A DNA stretch of 64,000 nucleotides from the NCBI GenBank assembly GCA_036574205.1, contig JAINCQ010000012.1, forward strand, positions 1 through 64,000, read 5' to 3'. Both the position numbers and the translations under genes were made by a program. The first letter of the stretch is position 1; every line of letters begins with the position of its first letter. Positions 27,870-37,365 of this stretch are shown one piece after another. The stretch comes from Elusimicrobiota bacterium (GTDB lineage: Bacteria; Elusimicrobiota; Elusimicrobia; Elusimicrobiales; UBA9959). The notes under the pieces were generated by a model that did not search any database, was not told where the DNA came from, and saw nothing but the letters and a program-made list of their open reading frames with translations.

Positions 27870-29087
27870 ATGAATAAAACAGCGATATTAATAGTAATAG
27901 ACGCAGTTGGGATAGACACATTAAAATTTTTAATAGAAAATTATCCAGGTAAAATAAAAATTCCCAATCTTTTAGATCTTGGACTTTCAACCCTTATAGA
28001 AAATACTTACAGCAGAAATAAAAAGAATAGTAAAAAAGGAAAATTGATTCAAATAGATCAGATATCAACCACCGCAGATAGCCTCATAGGTCATAGAGAA
28101 ATGGTCGGGGTTATAGACAGAAATTCATATAATCTCTTTCCAGATGGCTTTCCGAAAGATTACCTTTTAAAACTTGAAAAAGCTGTAGGTAGAAAAACTT
28201 TTTTCAATAAAATGGCTGGTGGTATGGAAGCAATAGAATTAAACTATAAACACCATGAAAAAACAGGTGATCTCATAATATATGCAAGCAAATGCGATCC
28301 ATTAATACAAATAGCAATGAATGAAGAAATAATCCCGCTAAAAGAGCAAAAATATATAGCTGATACAGCTTTTAAACTTGCAATTGAGCAAAAATTGGGA
28401 ATTACCAGGGCAATTGCAAGAAGTTATATAAGACGAAATAACGAGATAATAAGAACAGCTAATAGATACGATGCTGTTTTACCATTATCAGGAAAAACTC
28501 TTATAGATATAATGAATGAAAATTTTGTCTGGACAATTGCTGTAGGAAAAACCAGTGATTTAGTAAATACAAATTATTATGAAAAAATAAAAATAACAAA
28601 CAAAGCACTCATAGATCCATCATTAAATATAAAATTTGTCCATCCAGCCCATAAAGATACAAATCCTTTTAATATGCAAGGAATTATAAATGCTTTCAAA
28701 TCATCAAAAATAATTTATAGACCTAATGGTAGTTTTATTTTTGCAAACCTTGTTGATACTGATAGTCTTTATGGACATACCAGGGATATTAAAGGCGCGG
28801 TTTGTGCTATTGAAGAAATAGATCGTTTTATAGGTAAATTTATTAAAATGATAACAAAAGATGACCTTCTCATAATAACTGCCGATCATGGTATGCAACA
28901 CCGTCAGGATTATGGATATCATAACAAGGAAAAGCTTTTTGCAATTCTATATCCTGAATTAAAAAACATTAAAACACAAGTTATGCCAGGGTTATGTGAT
29001 ATAGGGAATATATTGGCGCAGTTTTTTGAACTTGAAAAACCTTACAGCAAATTAGTTAAGGATCAATTAGAAAAATTAAATTTGTAA
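27870..29087 (+). CDS. deoB: Phosphopentomutase-like metalloenzyme
   Basis: LIVIDAVGI, IPNL..LGL, GH.E..G, FPDGFP, TG.LIIY, R.IAR, RTANR.D, FANLVD.DSLYGH.RD, ITADHG. Confidence 0.8.
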   Translation: MNKTAILIVIDAVGIDTLKFLIENYPGKIKIPNLLDLGLSTLIENTYSRNKKNSKKGKLIQIDQISTTADSLIGHREMVGVIDRNSYNLFPDGFPKDYLLKLEKAVGRKTFFNKMAGGMEAIELNYKHHEKTGDLIIYASKCDPLIQIAMNEEIIPLKEQKYIADTAFKLAIEQKLGITRAIARSYIRRNNEIIRTANRYDAVLPLSGKTLIDIMNENFVWTIAVGKTSDLVNTNYYEKIKITNKALIDPSLNIKFVHPAHKDTNPFNMQGIINAFKSSKIIYRPNGSFIFANLVDTDSLYGHTRDIKGAVCAIEEIDRFIGKFIKMITKDDLLIITADHGMQHRQDYGYHNKEKLFAILYPELKNIKTQVMPGLCDIGNILAQFFELEKPYSKLVKDQLEKLNL

Positions 29088-29132
29088 TAATTATTTAATT
29101 AATGTTTAACATAATAATTTTATAATTTAATT

Positions 29133-30266
29133 ATGAGAAAGTTGTGTGTTTTAATAATTTTTATTGTTTTACCTTTAAATTTTTTATTATCAAAAACAAA
29201 AAAAGACAAAACCAATGAGAAAGTCTCAACTCAAACAGTAAAAACAGAAATTTCTATTGCTAAAAAAGCGCTTGAAGTAATAGTTTTAAACTTAAAAAAC
29301 TCAGATTCAGATATTAAGGCATATGCTATAGAAGCTCTTTCAAGGACTAATAATTCCAGGCTCATACCAATAATACAAAAATATCTCAATGATACAAGCA
29401 AATATGTAATAATATCTACAGTTAAATCGTTGTGGAACTTAGGAGATATAAAATCCATAACTAAAATATATGATATAATATCCGAGGTTCCGGCATCAGA
29501 TAACTCTAAAAACGATCCTCTGACCCAGTTAAAAATAATATCCCAAAACAAAATAAGAGAAAAAGCTATTGAAACTCTTGTTGATCTTTATGGAATAAAA
29601 GCAAATAAGATTCTTATTGAATTAAAAAATAACGACAATTATTCCCAGATAAGGGATGCAGCTTCAAGAGAGCTTGCTAAAATAGGATATAAGAATGAAC
29701 TGGAAAATTTTTATACAGCCCTTAATTCTTCAGATGAAGAGATAAGAAACCAGGCTGCAGAAAATTTAATCCGCATATGCCCGACAGAATCTAACAAGAT
29801 TATTTCAGCCATTAAAAAAGAAAAATCAATAAGGGTTAAGATACTATTGCTTGAGTCGCTTAAATGTGCGGTTCTTTCTAAAAAGGACGAAGAAGAAATA
29901 TTAAAATATACAAATGACGATAATCAAACTATAAGATATAAATCAATAAAAGCTCTTTTAAACTCTCAAAATCCCAAAATTATAGAAGAATTAAAAAAAA
30001 TATATACTGATACTCCTGATATAATTACTAAACTAACAATCTTAAAAAAACTCTTACAAAACCAGAAGATAGAAGTTACTGAATCAGATGTAGCTTATTT
30101 CAATTCACTTGATAACTCTGAAGTTAAGAGGAAGTTTATAGAAATAGCTGAATATATTCCATCTCTTTCAGGAAAATACTTATTGAGTTATTTAGAAGAC
30201 AAAGACCCATATGTTCAGATAGATGCAGCTGTAAAGATTATAGAAATGGAGAAGAAAAATGATTAA
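29133..30266 (+). CDS. Exported HEAT-repeat protein
   Basis: Signal-like N-terminus; repeated L.D.D..IR..A...L units (LKNSDSDIKAYAIEAL, LNSSDEEIRNQAAENL, LEDKDPYVQIDAA). Confidence 0.82.
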   Translation: MRKLCVLIIFIVLPLNFLLSKTKKDKTNEKVSTQTVKTEISIAKKALEVIVLNLKNSDSDIKAYAIEALSRTNNSRLIPIIQKYLNDTSKYVIISTVKSLWNLGDIKSITKIYDIISEVPASDNSKNDPLTQLKIISQNKIREKAIETLVDLYGIKANKILIELKNNDNYSQIRDAASRELAKIGYKNELENFYTALNSSDEEIRNQAAENLIRICPTESNKIISAIKKEKSIRVKILLLESLKCAVLSKKDEEEILKYTNDDNQTIRYKSIKALLNSQNPKIIEELKKIYTDTPDIITKLTILKKLLQNQKIEVTESDVAYFNSLDNSEVKRKFIEIAEYIPSLSGKYLLSYLEDKDPYVQIDAAVKIIEMEKKND

Positions 30267-33200
30267 AACCAGTTTATTACTATTATTTATTCTTTCAAAT
30301 TTAAACGCAAAATCCTTCAAGGAATTTAGAACCAATAAGATTTCCCCCTTAGCTGATACAATAATAGAGATAGAAACCCAAAAGACAAAAAAAACACATT
30401 CAGCTATATCAACAATGGCTTTTAAAAAAAATTTTTTTAAAACCTTTAACAATAACAATTCAAGTTCAAAAAAATGGAAAATAAAATTTAATTCCTATGG
30501 TATTCCAAAGCTTTTAAGCGGAGATAAAACGAAGAAAAAATACTATGGAAATATAGAACAAATATTTGAAACATTTGTTTTAGAAAATAAGGATATGCTT
30601 GGAATTGAAATGAAAAATTTAAGATTAGTGACAAAATCAGAATTTTTAGGTACAAAACATATATATTATCAGCAATATTATAAGCATTTACCTGTTGAAT
30701 TTTCATATGTAAAACTCCATATTACTCAAGACAATGAAGTCAGTCAGTATAATGCAAAATATTATCCAGATATAAATATTGATATAAACCCGAATGTCTC
30801 TATTGAACAGGCAAAATCAATAATAGCCCAGGAACTCGGGTTTTTCAGCATATCCACATATTCTCTGGTAATTTTCCCAGATGAATTAAATAATTCTTAT
30901 TATTTAAGCTGGAAAATAAAAACTGAAGGAGGAAGCGGAAATTTAAATGGAAAATGGATTTATTATATAAATGCAAAAGAACCAAAAATAATATTTAAAT
31001 ATGATGAAAGACAATATTCATGTACTCTTCAGGAAGAAACCTCAGGATATGTTATGGGAGAGGTGTATGAAATCTCACCAGCTCCAACAGACCAAGAAAA
31101 TGGACCTGACTCCTGGGTTCCCAAAATAACAACTCCAATAGCAAATCAATATGTTTTTGCTGGAAGCACTTCTGTTTCCACAACAACAAAAGAAAATGGG
31201 GAATATTGTATAGACTATGATACCTCAAACAATGGCGCAAAAGTTTTTATGACTCTTATGGGTCCTTATTTTTCAGTTATGAATTTCAATGGGAAACCAT
31301 CAATATTTACCAATGGAAATATAACATGGAAAACGGCTTCCCCTTCTCTAAATATCTCATCTTATAATAATGATTCTGAAACCTTATACTCAATATCTCC
31401 AAATCTAACAATAAATTCTGGGGAATCGCTGGCGTTTGTCGGTCCTATGTTTTCAAGCTTTAATATAGGAGAAGTTGACAACTGTGGCAGTGGAATTGAT
31501 AATGATATGGTATATGTGATGGACTCAAATAAAAATTCTGTGGCTATATGGTTTGGAAAAAACAAAAGCAATCTTTTTGGTGGGCTTGTCCCTGATAATA
31601 AATATATTATAAAAATAAAGTCAGACTCATCAGGCACAGGCAGTTTCAATATAATCAATTCAAGCTATATGGTAATTACTAATTATCAGGGTAAAAATTA
31701 TGCCACAGGTTCTGTAATTTGGTCAACAGCTAATTACCTTACGGATCCAGATGGATCTTCAATAAATACATTTTATCATTTAAATAAAATAAGAAATTTT
31801 ATGATGAAATTTAATTCAAAATGTGGTGGAACTGGCTGTATAAATTTAGACAAAAAAGTTCCTGTAATGATTGATGTTTATGGCGATAAATTAACACCTG
31901 ACTGCCCTCAAGAAAATACAATGCTTAATGCTTTTTATGATTTAGATCATGATGCAATATTTATGGGAAAAGGGATAAATATGGGTTCTTACTATAAGAA
32001 TTTTGGACTTGATGGGACGGTTATAAGGCATGAATATGGACATCTTGTTATGAATAGAATATATCCAATAATTTATTTTGGTGAGTTTGGCGCAATAACT
32101 GAAGCTATAGCTGATTATTTTTCAATCTCATCTTTCTGGGATGAAGGTAAAACAATAACTGTGCTTGGCAATTTTATTGGAATAGGTGAAGGCGCAAGAA
32201 GAGATTTGAAACAATTATCAGATTATCCTAAAAGAATGCCACAAGACTGGGTAGGAGAAGTGCATGAGGATGGAGAAATACTTTCTGGAGCTTTATATAA
32301 AATAAGAAAAGATTCCTCTTATTCTCTTGGGATTTTCTCATCTGGATCATATGCTGGACTTAATAAAGCTGATTTATATATATTTGGCGCTTTATTTTAT
32401 TTTCCAGATAATTTTGAAAATTTTAGAGAAGCGGTTATTGATATATGTAAAAGAATAGAAGGAACAAGTTGTGAAAAATCTAAAATAGAAGATGCCTTTA
32501 ATGCTCATGGAATAGGAGCTCAATCTGTTGTAGACCTATATGAGCCAAACAATGGTCCTGAATATGCAACAAACATATCTACTTTTTCAACCGTTTACGG
32601 TTATATAGATTATCAGGGAGATGAAGATTATTACGCAATCCCTTTGGGAGAAGGAATTTTCCAGGCAAGGCTTTATCTACCAGAAGGCTATTCAAGCGGT
32701 TCGGGTTTTTATCACGCATATAATATGTTTCTTTTTGACAGTTACAGAAACTATATAACCGGTGCTTCTCCTAATATAGTTCCTTCTTTATGCTATAATA
32801 AAGATTCTCCTGTTCCCAATAGTTGTTATACAAAAGACTCATATATAGACCTTTATTATACAGTTTCAAAACCTCAAGTTTATTATTTAGCTATAACCGC
32901 TGGGATAAATAGTAACTATGGGAATGGAATAGACTTTAACAATACAACTCCATATATTCTAACTTATTCAGCAAATTCAAAATCCATTGTTTCAGCTCAA
33001 ATAAAAACAAGAAAAGTAGATGAAGATGAAATAGAATTTACCGCTACAGTCCCAAAGTTTGAATATTTGGAAGATTTAACTCATCTCACTTGGACAGAAG
33101 GTCAGGAGTTTGAATTCTGTGAATATGATTGTATAAAAATATTGGACAATAATCTTAATGAACTTTCAACAAATTATATTTCCATTTCATATGCTTTGGG

Positions 33201-33687
33201 AGAAACTTCCTATAACACTATTGATAGTCTTGGCAATCCAGTAATTAAAGGGAAAATAACATTCCAGCAATATAACGGAAAAACATTTTCACAAAGATAT
33301 CCTGGAGCTGGAACGATATATATAAAAATTTACGTAAAAAACCACATGTTTGATGTTAAAAATACTTATATACCTCTTGGACTGTCAAACCCGATCTATC
33401 TAACCGCAAATGAAGATAAATTTGTTACATATAATAACATAATAGACAAGAACAACTCAAGTATGACAATAAAATATGAAGCAAAAAGCTTATCTAATGT
33501 AAACATATCCGTCTACACTGCAACCGGAAAATTTGTAAAAAAAATATACAGTGGACCAATATACGGCAAGGTAAGCTTTAACTGGGATGGAACGGATGAA
33601 AGTGGGAATAAACTGGCAAGCGGGATATATTACATAAAAACAACTGGCGGAATAAATAAAGTGGAAAAAGTTGGTATAGCAAGGTAA
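30259..33687 (+). CDS. Secreted M4/M36-type zinc metalloprotease: FTP/PepSY propeptide, CUB-like insert, PPC domain, C-terminal FlgD-Ig/T9SS-type domain
   Basis: Signal peptide; HIYYQQYY..LPV; NAFY; HEYGH..GAITEAIADYF; EVHEDGEI; DLYEPNN...DEDYY; C-terminal ISVY..TGK.VK.I...WDGTDESG.KLASGIY.I....K. Confidence 0.85.
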   Translation: MIKTSLLLLFILSNLNAKSFKEFRTNKISPLADTIIEIETQKTKKTHSAISTMAFKKNFFKTFNNNNSSSKKWKIKFNSYGIPKLLSGDKTKKKYYGNIEQIFETFVLENKDMLGIEMKNLRLVTKSEFLGTKHIYYQQYYKHLPVEFSYVKLHITQDNEVSQYNAKYYPDINIDINPNVSIEQAKSIIAQELGFFSISTYSLVIFPDELNNSYYLSWKIKTEGGSGNLNGKWIYYINAKEPKIIFKYDERQYSCTLQEETSGYVMGEVYEISPAPTDQENGPDSWVPKITTPIANQYVFAGSTSVSTTTKENGEYCIDYDTSNNGAKVFMTLMGPYFSVMNFNGKPSIFTNGNITWKTASPSLNISSYNNDSETLYSISPNLTINSGESLAFVGPMFSSFNIGEVDNCGSGIDNDMVYVMDSNKNSVAIWFGKNKSNLFGGLVPDNKYIIKIKSDSSGTGSFNIINSSYMVITNYQGKNYATGSVIWSTANYLTDPDGSSINTFYHLNKIRNFMMKFNSKCGGTGCINLDKKVPVMIDVYGDKLTPDCPQENTMLNAFYDLDHDAIFMGKGINMGSYYKNFGLDGTVIRHEYGHLVMNRIYPIIYFGEFGAITEAIADYFSISSFWDEGKTITVLGNFIGIGEGARRDLKQLSDYPKRMPQDWVGEVHEDGEILSGALYKIRKDSSYSLGIFSSGSYAGLNKADLYIFGALFYFPDNFENFREAVIDICKRIEGTSCEKSKIEDAFNAHGIGAQSVVDLYEPNNGPEYATNISTFSTVYGYIDYQGDEDYYAIPLGEGIFQARLYLPEGYSSGSGFYHAYNMFLFDSYRNYITGASPNIVPSLCYNKDSPVPNSCYTKDSYIDLYYTVSKPQVYYLAITAGINSNYGNGIDFNNTTPYILTYSANSKSIVSAQIKTRKVDEDEIEFTATVPKFEYLEDLTHLTWTEGQEFEFCEYDCIKILDNNLNELSTNYISISYALGETSYNTIDSLGNPVIKGKITFQQYNGKTFSQRYPGAGTIYIKIYVKNHMFDVKNTYIPLGLSNPIYLTANEDKFVTYNNIIDKNNSSMTIKYEAKSLSNVNISVYTATGKFVKKIYSGPIYGKVSFNWDGTDESGNKLASGIYYIKTTGGINKVEKVGIAR

Positions 33688-33708
33688 AATGTATAAAAAA
33701 GGAAAAAG

Positions 33709-34821
33709 ATGGAATTAATAAAAAATAAAAAGATTAAAACAGTTTTTAAAATAATAACTATAATAATTATTTTATCCAAAAATTTATATTCAAATTCTGC
33801 TATTGATGTGCTAAAAAACGATGTAAGCGCATCAGTTCTTGCAATGGCTGGATCAAATGCCGCATTAAACCTTGATATTTTTTCTGTAAACTATAATCCT
33901 GCAACATTGGGAGAGATAAAAAGCTATCAAACTGCAATCTCTTATTCAAATGGATTTGAGGATGCGACCTATTCTTATGCCGCACTTGGCATGCCTTTTC
34001 CAACAAATATAATATCAAATATATCAAAACCATATATAGCAATGTCAATATATATGACCAGCCTTGGAGATTTTATTGACAGAAGAATAAATCCCGATGG
34101 AACAATTTCAGAGAAAAAAATAAATGCTGAGAAAAACACAATTGTCTCGTTTTCATATGCAGAAAAAATAACGAAGGAAACAGTTATAATCTCCCCCACT
34201 ATAAAATCAAAATTTGAAAGCAATATTGGTATAGGTGTTAAATTTATAGATTCAAAACTTCTTGATAAATATTCCGCAAATACAGTCGCGGTGGACGCGG
34301 GATATTATGGAAACTTTGTTGATATCGGATTTGATTTTGGGATATCTGTCTCAAATGCTATTGGAAGCATAAAATATATAGAGGAAAAATATAATCTCCC
34401 GACTATTTTGAGAGTTGCTGCTTCATACTCAAAACCCACTATAATGGACCAGAGGACTAAAATATCCTGTGAATTTGATAGATACATAAACGATAAACAA
34501 AATTCTCTAAGAATTGGTCTTGAATATACATTTGAAAAAATAATGAGTATAAGAACGGGATATAGATTTTTAGAAGATAATAAGGGATTATCAATAGGGG
34601 TTGGGCTTTTTGCAGGAGGATTTTCTATAGATATTGCTACAGTTTTTTATGATGTTTACAAATACAGTTCTGTCTCAATAAAATTTAAATTTGGAAAACA
34701 AGTTGAAGAAGAAAAACAATCAAAAGAATTAAAAAAATTTATAGAAAAAGAGGAAAAAAAGACAGACAGACCATCCAGACCAAAAACATCTCCATTAAAA
34801 AACCAGATAATAGTATTCTAA
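33709..34821 (+). CDS. PorV/PorQ-like (FadL superfamily) outer-membrane beta-barrel protein
   Basis: SA..LAMAGS..A...D..S..YNPA.L plug motif, amphipathic beta-strands, A.DAG, LP..LR....Y, GLEY.....S.R.GY. Confidence 0.78.
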   Translation: MELIKNKKIKTVFKIITIIIILSKNLYSNSAIDVLKNDVSASVLAMAGSNAALNLDIFSVNYNPATLGEIKSYQTAISYSNGFEDATYSYAALGMPFPTNIISNISKPYIAMSIYMTSLGDFIDRRINPDGTISEKKINAEKNTIVSFSYAEKITKETVIISPTIKSKFESNIGIGVKFIDSKLLDKYSANTVAVDAGYYGNFVDIGFDFGISVSNAIGSIKYIEEKYNLPTILRVAASYSKPTIMDQRTKISCEFDRYINDKQNSLRIGLEYTFEKIMSIRTGYRFLEDNKGLSIGVGLFAGGFSIDIATVFYDVYKYSSVSIKFKFGKQVEEEKQSKELKKFIEKEEKKTDRPSRPKTSPLKNQIIVF

Positions 34822-34848
34822 GTTAAGTTTTTATAATCAAAAATTAAT

Positions 34849-34905
34849 CTCCTCACCCATTTATTTTCCTCTCCCTTGGATGGGAGAGGATTAAGGTGAG
34901 GGTGA
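34849..34905. repeat. REP-like GC-rich extragenic palindrome
   Basis: Nested stems CCTCACC (34851-57)/GGTGAGG (34895-901) and TCCTCTCCC (34867-75)/GGGAGAGGA (34882-90) between convergent genes. Confidence 0.65.
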
Positions 34906-35057
34906 AAAAAGGAGAGGGAATATATTAAAATGGGAAGAGGGCAAATATAAACATATGAAAGCAGTTAAACCGTCTAAGGAAGGTAATGTTGTGGTTAAAC
35001 TGTGGATATTAATTTTTTAGTTTTGGTTTTATCAGATGAAAAGTTTTAAAAAACAAA

Positions 35058-35555
35058 TTATTTTTTATCGCTTATCTCTTCAAATTCTCCCTTTTTGAGA
35101 TTTTTCCTCACATTATACCAGTTAAAGTATCTTCCATTCATTGCGATATAAACTCCGGGAGGAAGGACCTGAGCAAATGAGATTGCGCTTCCTAAATTGA
35201 ACATTCCATCAGATGAACCAAATTTATAAGGAATCATAGCTCCGGTAAGAACTACCGTTTTGTTTTTTATTTTTCTGCCCAAAACCCTGGCTGTCTCAGC
35301 CATAGTATCAGTTCCATGAGTTATAACAATATTTTTTTCTTTTGATTTTAAACATTCTTTAAGAATTTTAATTCTATGATCATTTTTCATAAAAAGGCTG
35401 TCTATCATCATAAGCTTTTTTACTTTATATTTAACCCTGCACCTTCCAAGTTCAAGCATTTCATTTATATGAGTATCCCTAAAAAAAAGCTCTCCTTTTA
35501 TCTCATTATATTCTTTATCAAAAGTTCCACCTGTAACTATTATCTTGATAGTCAT
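35058..35555 (-). CDS. Short (N-domain-only) L-asparaginase-family protein
   Basis: IVTGGTFDK, IDS, ITHGTDTM.ETA, VLTGAM.P, SDG.FNLG.A. Start placed at ATG 35555 after a GAAGGAG RBS, giving 165 aa. Confidence 0.9.
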   Translation of the reverse strand: MTIKIIVTGGTFDKEYNEIKGELFFRDTHINEMLELGRCRVKYKVKKLMMIDSLFMKNDHRIKILKECLKSKEKNIVITHGTDTMAETARVLGRKIKNKTVVLTGAMIPYKFGSSDGMFNLGSAISFAQVLPPGVYIAMNGRYFNWYNVRKNLKKGEFEEISDKK

Positions 35556-35574
35556 CTCCTTCCCCTCAAAAACC

Positions 35575-37008
35575 TTAACCAATTCTCCTATCTTTATAAA
35601 AAGAAAAATACGCTTTATAAGCCATGTATATATCAAGTTTTGATGCAAGTTCCATTGGAGCATGCATTGACATAAGCCCAACCCCGCAATCTAAAACCTG
35701 CATTCCATATCTTGCCATATAATGAGCGATTGTTCCCCCTCCCCCTTCATCAACCTTTCCAAGTTCGCCAGTCTGCCATACCACCTTATTTGAGTCAAAG
35801 ATTCTTCTTATCTGAGCTACAAATTCAGCGTTTGCATCCGAAGCCCCTGCTTTGCCCTTTGATCCAGTATATTTGGTAATGCATATACCATAGTTTATAA
35901 AAGCCGAATTTTTTTTCTCCGACACTGATGGGAATAATGGATCTAAAACAGCATTTACATCGGCAGAAAGCATCCACGAATTTTTAAGCATTCTTTTTAG
36001 ATTTATTTCATTATATGAGCCATAATAAAGATTAATAATTTCTGAACAGGCATTTTCAAAAGAATTTGACCCCATACCTGTTGCTCCATAAGAACCTATC
36101 TCTTCCTTATCGGCAAGTATAAGCGAGGAGGTATATTCGGGAGTATTGCCACTGCCAGCTCTAATAAATCCCATCATAGCCGTATAAGCGCAAACCCTAT
36201 CGTCATGACCATAAGCAAGTATCATAGACTTATCAAATCCAACTTCTTTTGGATTATATGCTGGAACGATCTCAAGTTCAGCTGAAAGGAAATCACTTTC
36301 AGTTATATTGTATTTCTCATTTAAAATATTTAATATATTTTTTCTCACTCTTTCTTTAGCTTTTTTATCCTTAACAGGGATAGAGCCTATCAATAAATCA
36401 AGATTTTCTCCTTCAACAGCCTCTGAAAGAGTTTTTTTCATCTGGTTTTGAGCAAGATGTGGAAGCAAATCAGTTATACAAAAAACAGGATCATTTTCAT
36501 TTTCCCCTATTCTTATATTTACTTTCTCCCCGGTTTTCTTTACAACAACACCATGGATAGCAAGAGGTATTGTAAGCCACTGATATTTTTTTATTCCGCC
36601 ATAATAGTGTGTATCAAAATATGCTATCTCAGAATTTTCATAAAGAGGATTTTGTTTTATATCAATTCTTGGAGAATCCACATGAGCTCCAACTATCTGC
36701 ATGCCATCCGATAGGTCTTTTTTACCTATTATAAAAGCAAAAAGAGTTTTTCCATAATTTGAAATATAAACTTTATCCCCCTGTTTTAAACTTTCAAATT
36801 CTGATATATCTTTAAAACCGTTTTCTTTCAAAATTTTAATTGAATTATCATGAAATTCTCTTTCGGTTTTTGAAATAGAAATAAAAGCCATATAATCTTT
36901 TGAAAATGATTCTATAGACTCTACTTCTTTTGAAGAAACAACATCCCATCCATTAACTCTTTCATAAGAAATTCCTTTATTATTTATTTTTTTAGTTTTT
37001 GTTTGCAT
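35575..37008 (-). CDS. M18 family aminopeptidase
   Basis: KTERE, GAHVDSPRID, HYYGGIKKYQW, YGHDDRVC, DKEEIGS, SADV, GGGGTIA, SMHAP.E. Confidence 0.94.
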   Translation of the reverse strand: MQTKTKKINNKGISYERVNGWDVVSSKEVESIESFSKDYMAFISISKTEREFHDNSIKILKENGFKDISEFESLKQGDKVYISNYGKTLFAFIIGKKDLSDGMQIVGAHVDSPRIDIKQNPLYENSEIAYFDTHYYGGIKKYQWLTIPLAIHGVVVKKTGEKVNIRIGENENDPVFCITDLLPHLAQNQMKKTLSEAVEGENLDLLIGSIPVKDKKAKERVRKNILNILNEKYNITESDFLSAELEIVPAYNPKEVGFDKSMILAYGHDDRVCAYTAMMGFIRAGSGNTPEYTSSLILADKEEIGSYGATGMGSNSFENACSEIINLYYGSYNEINLKRMLKNSWMLSADVNAVLDPLFPSVSEKKNSAFINYGICITKYTGSKGKAGASDANAEFVAQIRRIFDSNKVVWQTGELGKVDEGGGGTIAHYMARYGMQVLDCGVGLMSMHAPMELASKLDIYMAYKAYFSFYKDRRIG

Positions 37009-37039
37009 TATTCCTCCTTAATATACATTATAATACTTT

Positions 37040-37354
37040 TTATTTTAAAAATCGCGCAACTTTAATTCCAATAATCATAAGTCCTATGCCTACTATAATA
37101 ATAGGTATTCCTATAAAAGCTAAAATAGTAGCCGACAAAAAAGCCCCGATTATTATAAAGATAACAGCTAAAAAAATAAAAGTAATAGATAGAAAATTTC
37201 TAAATTTATATATACTTCTTAATAAAAAAGACTGATCAGTATTTTTATTATCTGAGTAAATATAATCATCAACTATCTCTGCTTCTACTTCTTTTGTATT
37301 ACTATCTTTTTTGTCTTTAAACCAATATGTTACTATTTTTTTAGATTCCATCAC
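37040..37354 (-). CDS. Small 2-TM hypothetical membrane protein
   Basis: 104 aa; acidic N-terminus and C-terminal TM hairpin; co-oriented between rluA and the M18 gene. Confidence 0.6.
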   Translation of the reverse strand: MMESKKIVTYWFKDKKDSNTKEVEAEIVDDYIYSDNKNTDQSFLLRSIYKFRNFLSITFIFLAVIFIIIGAFLSATILAFIGIPIIIVGIGLMIIGIKVARFLK

Positions 37355-37365
37355 TATCTATTATA

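Noticed and set aside
34955..35020. 21-aa ORF MKAVKPSKEGNVVVKLWILIF after the REP-like element
   Set aside because: Too short, poorly spaced SD, no supporting evidence
35556..35681. N-terminal extension of the asparaginase ORF in the track
   Set aside because: Overlaps the M18 gene; a strong RBS supports the ATG at 35555
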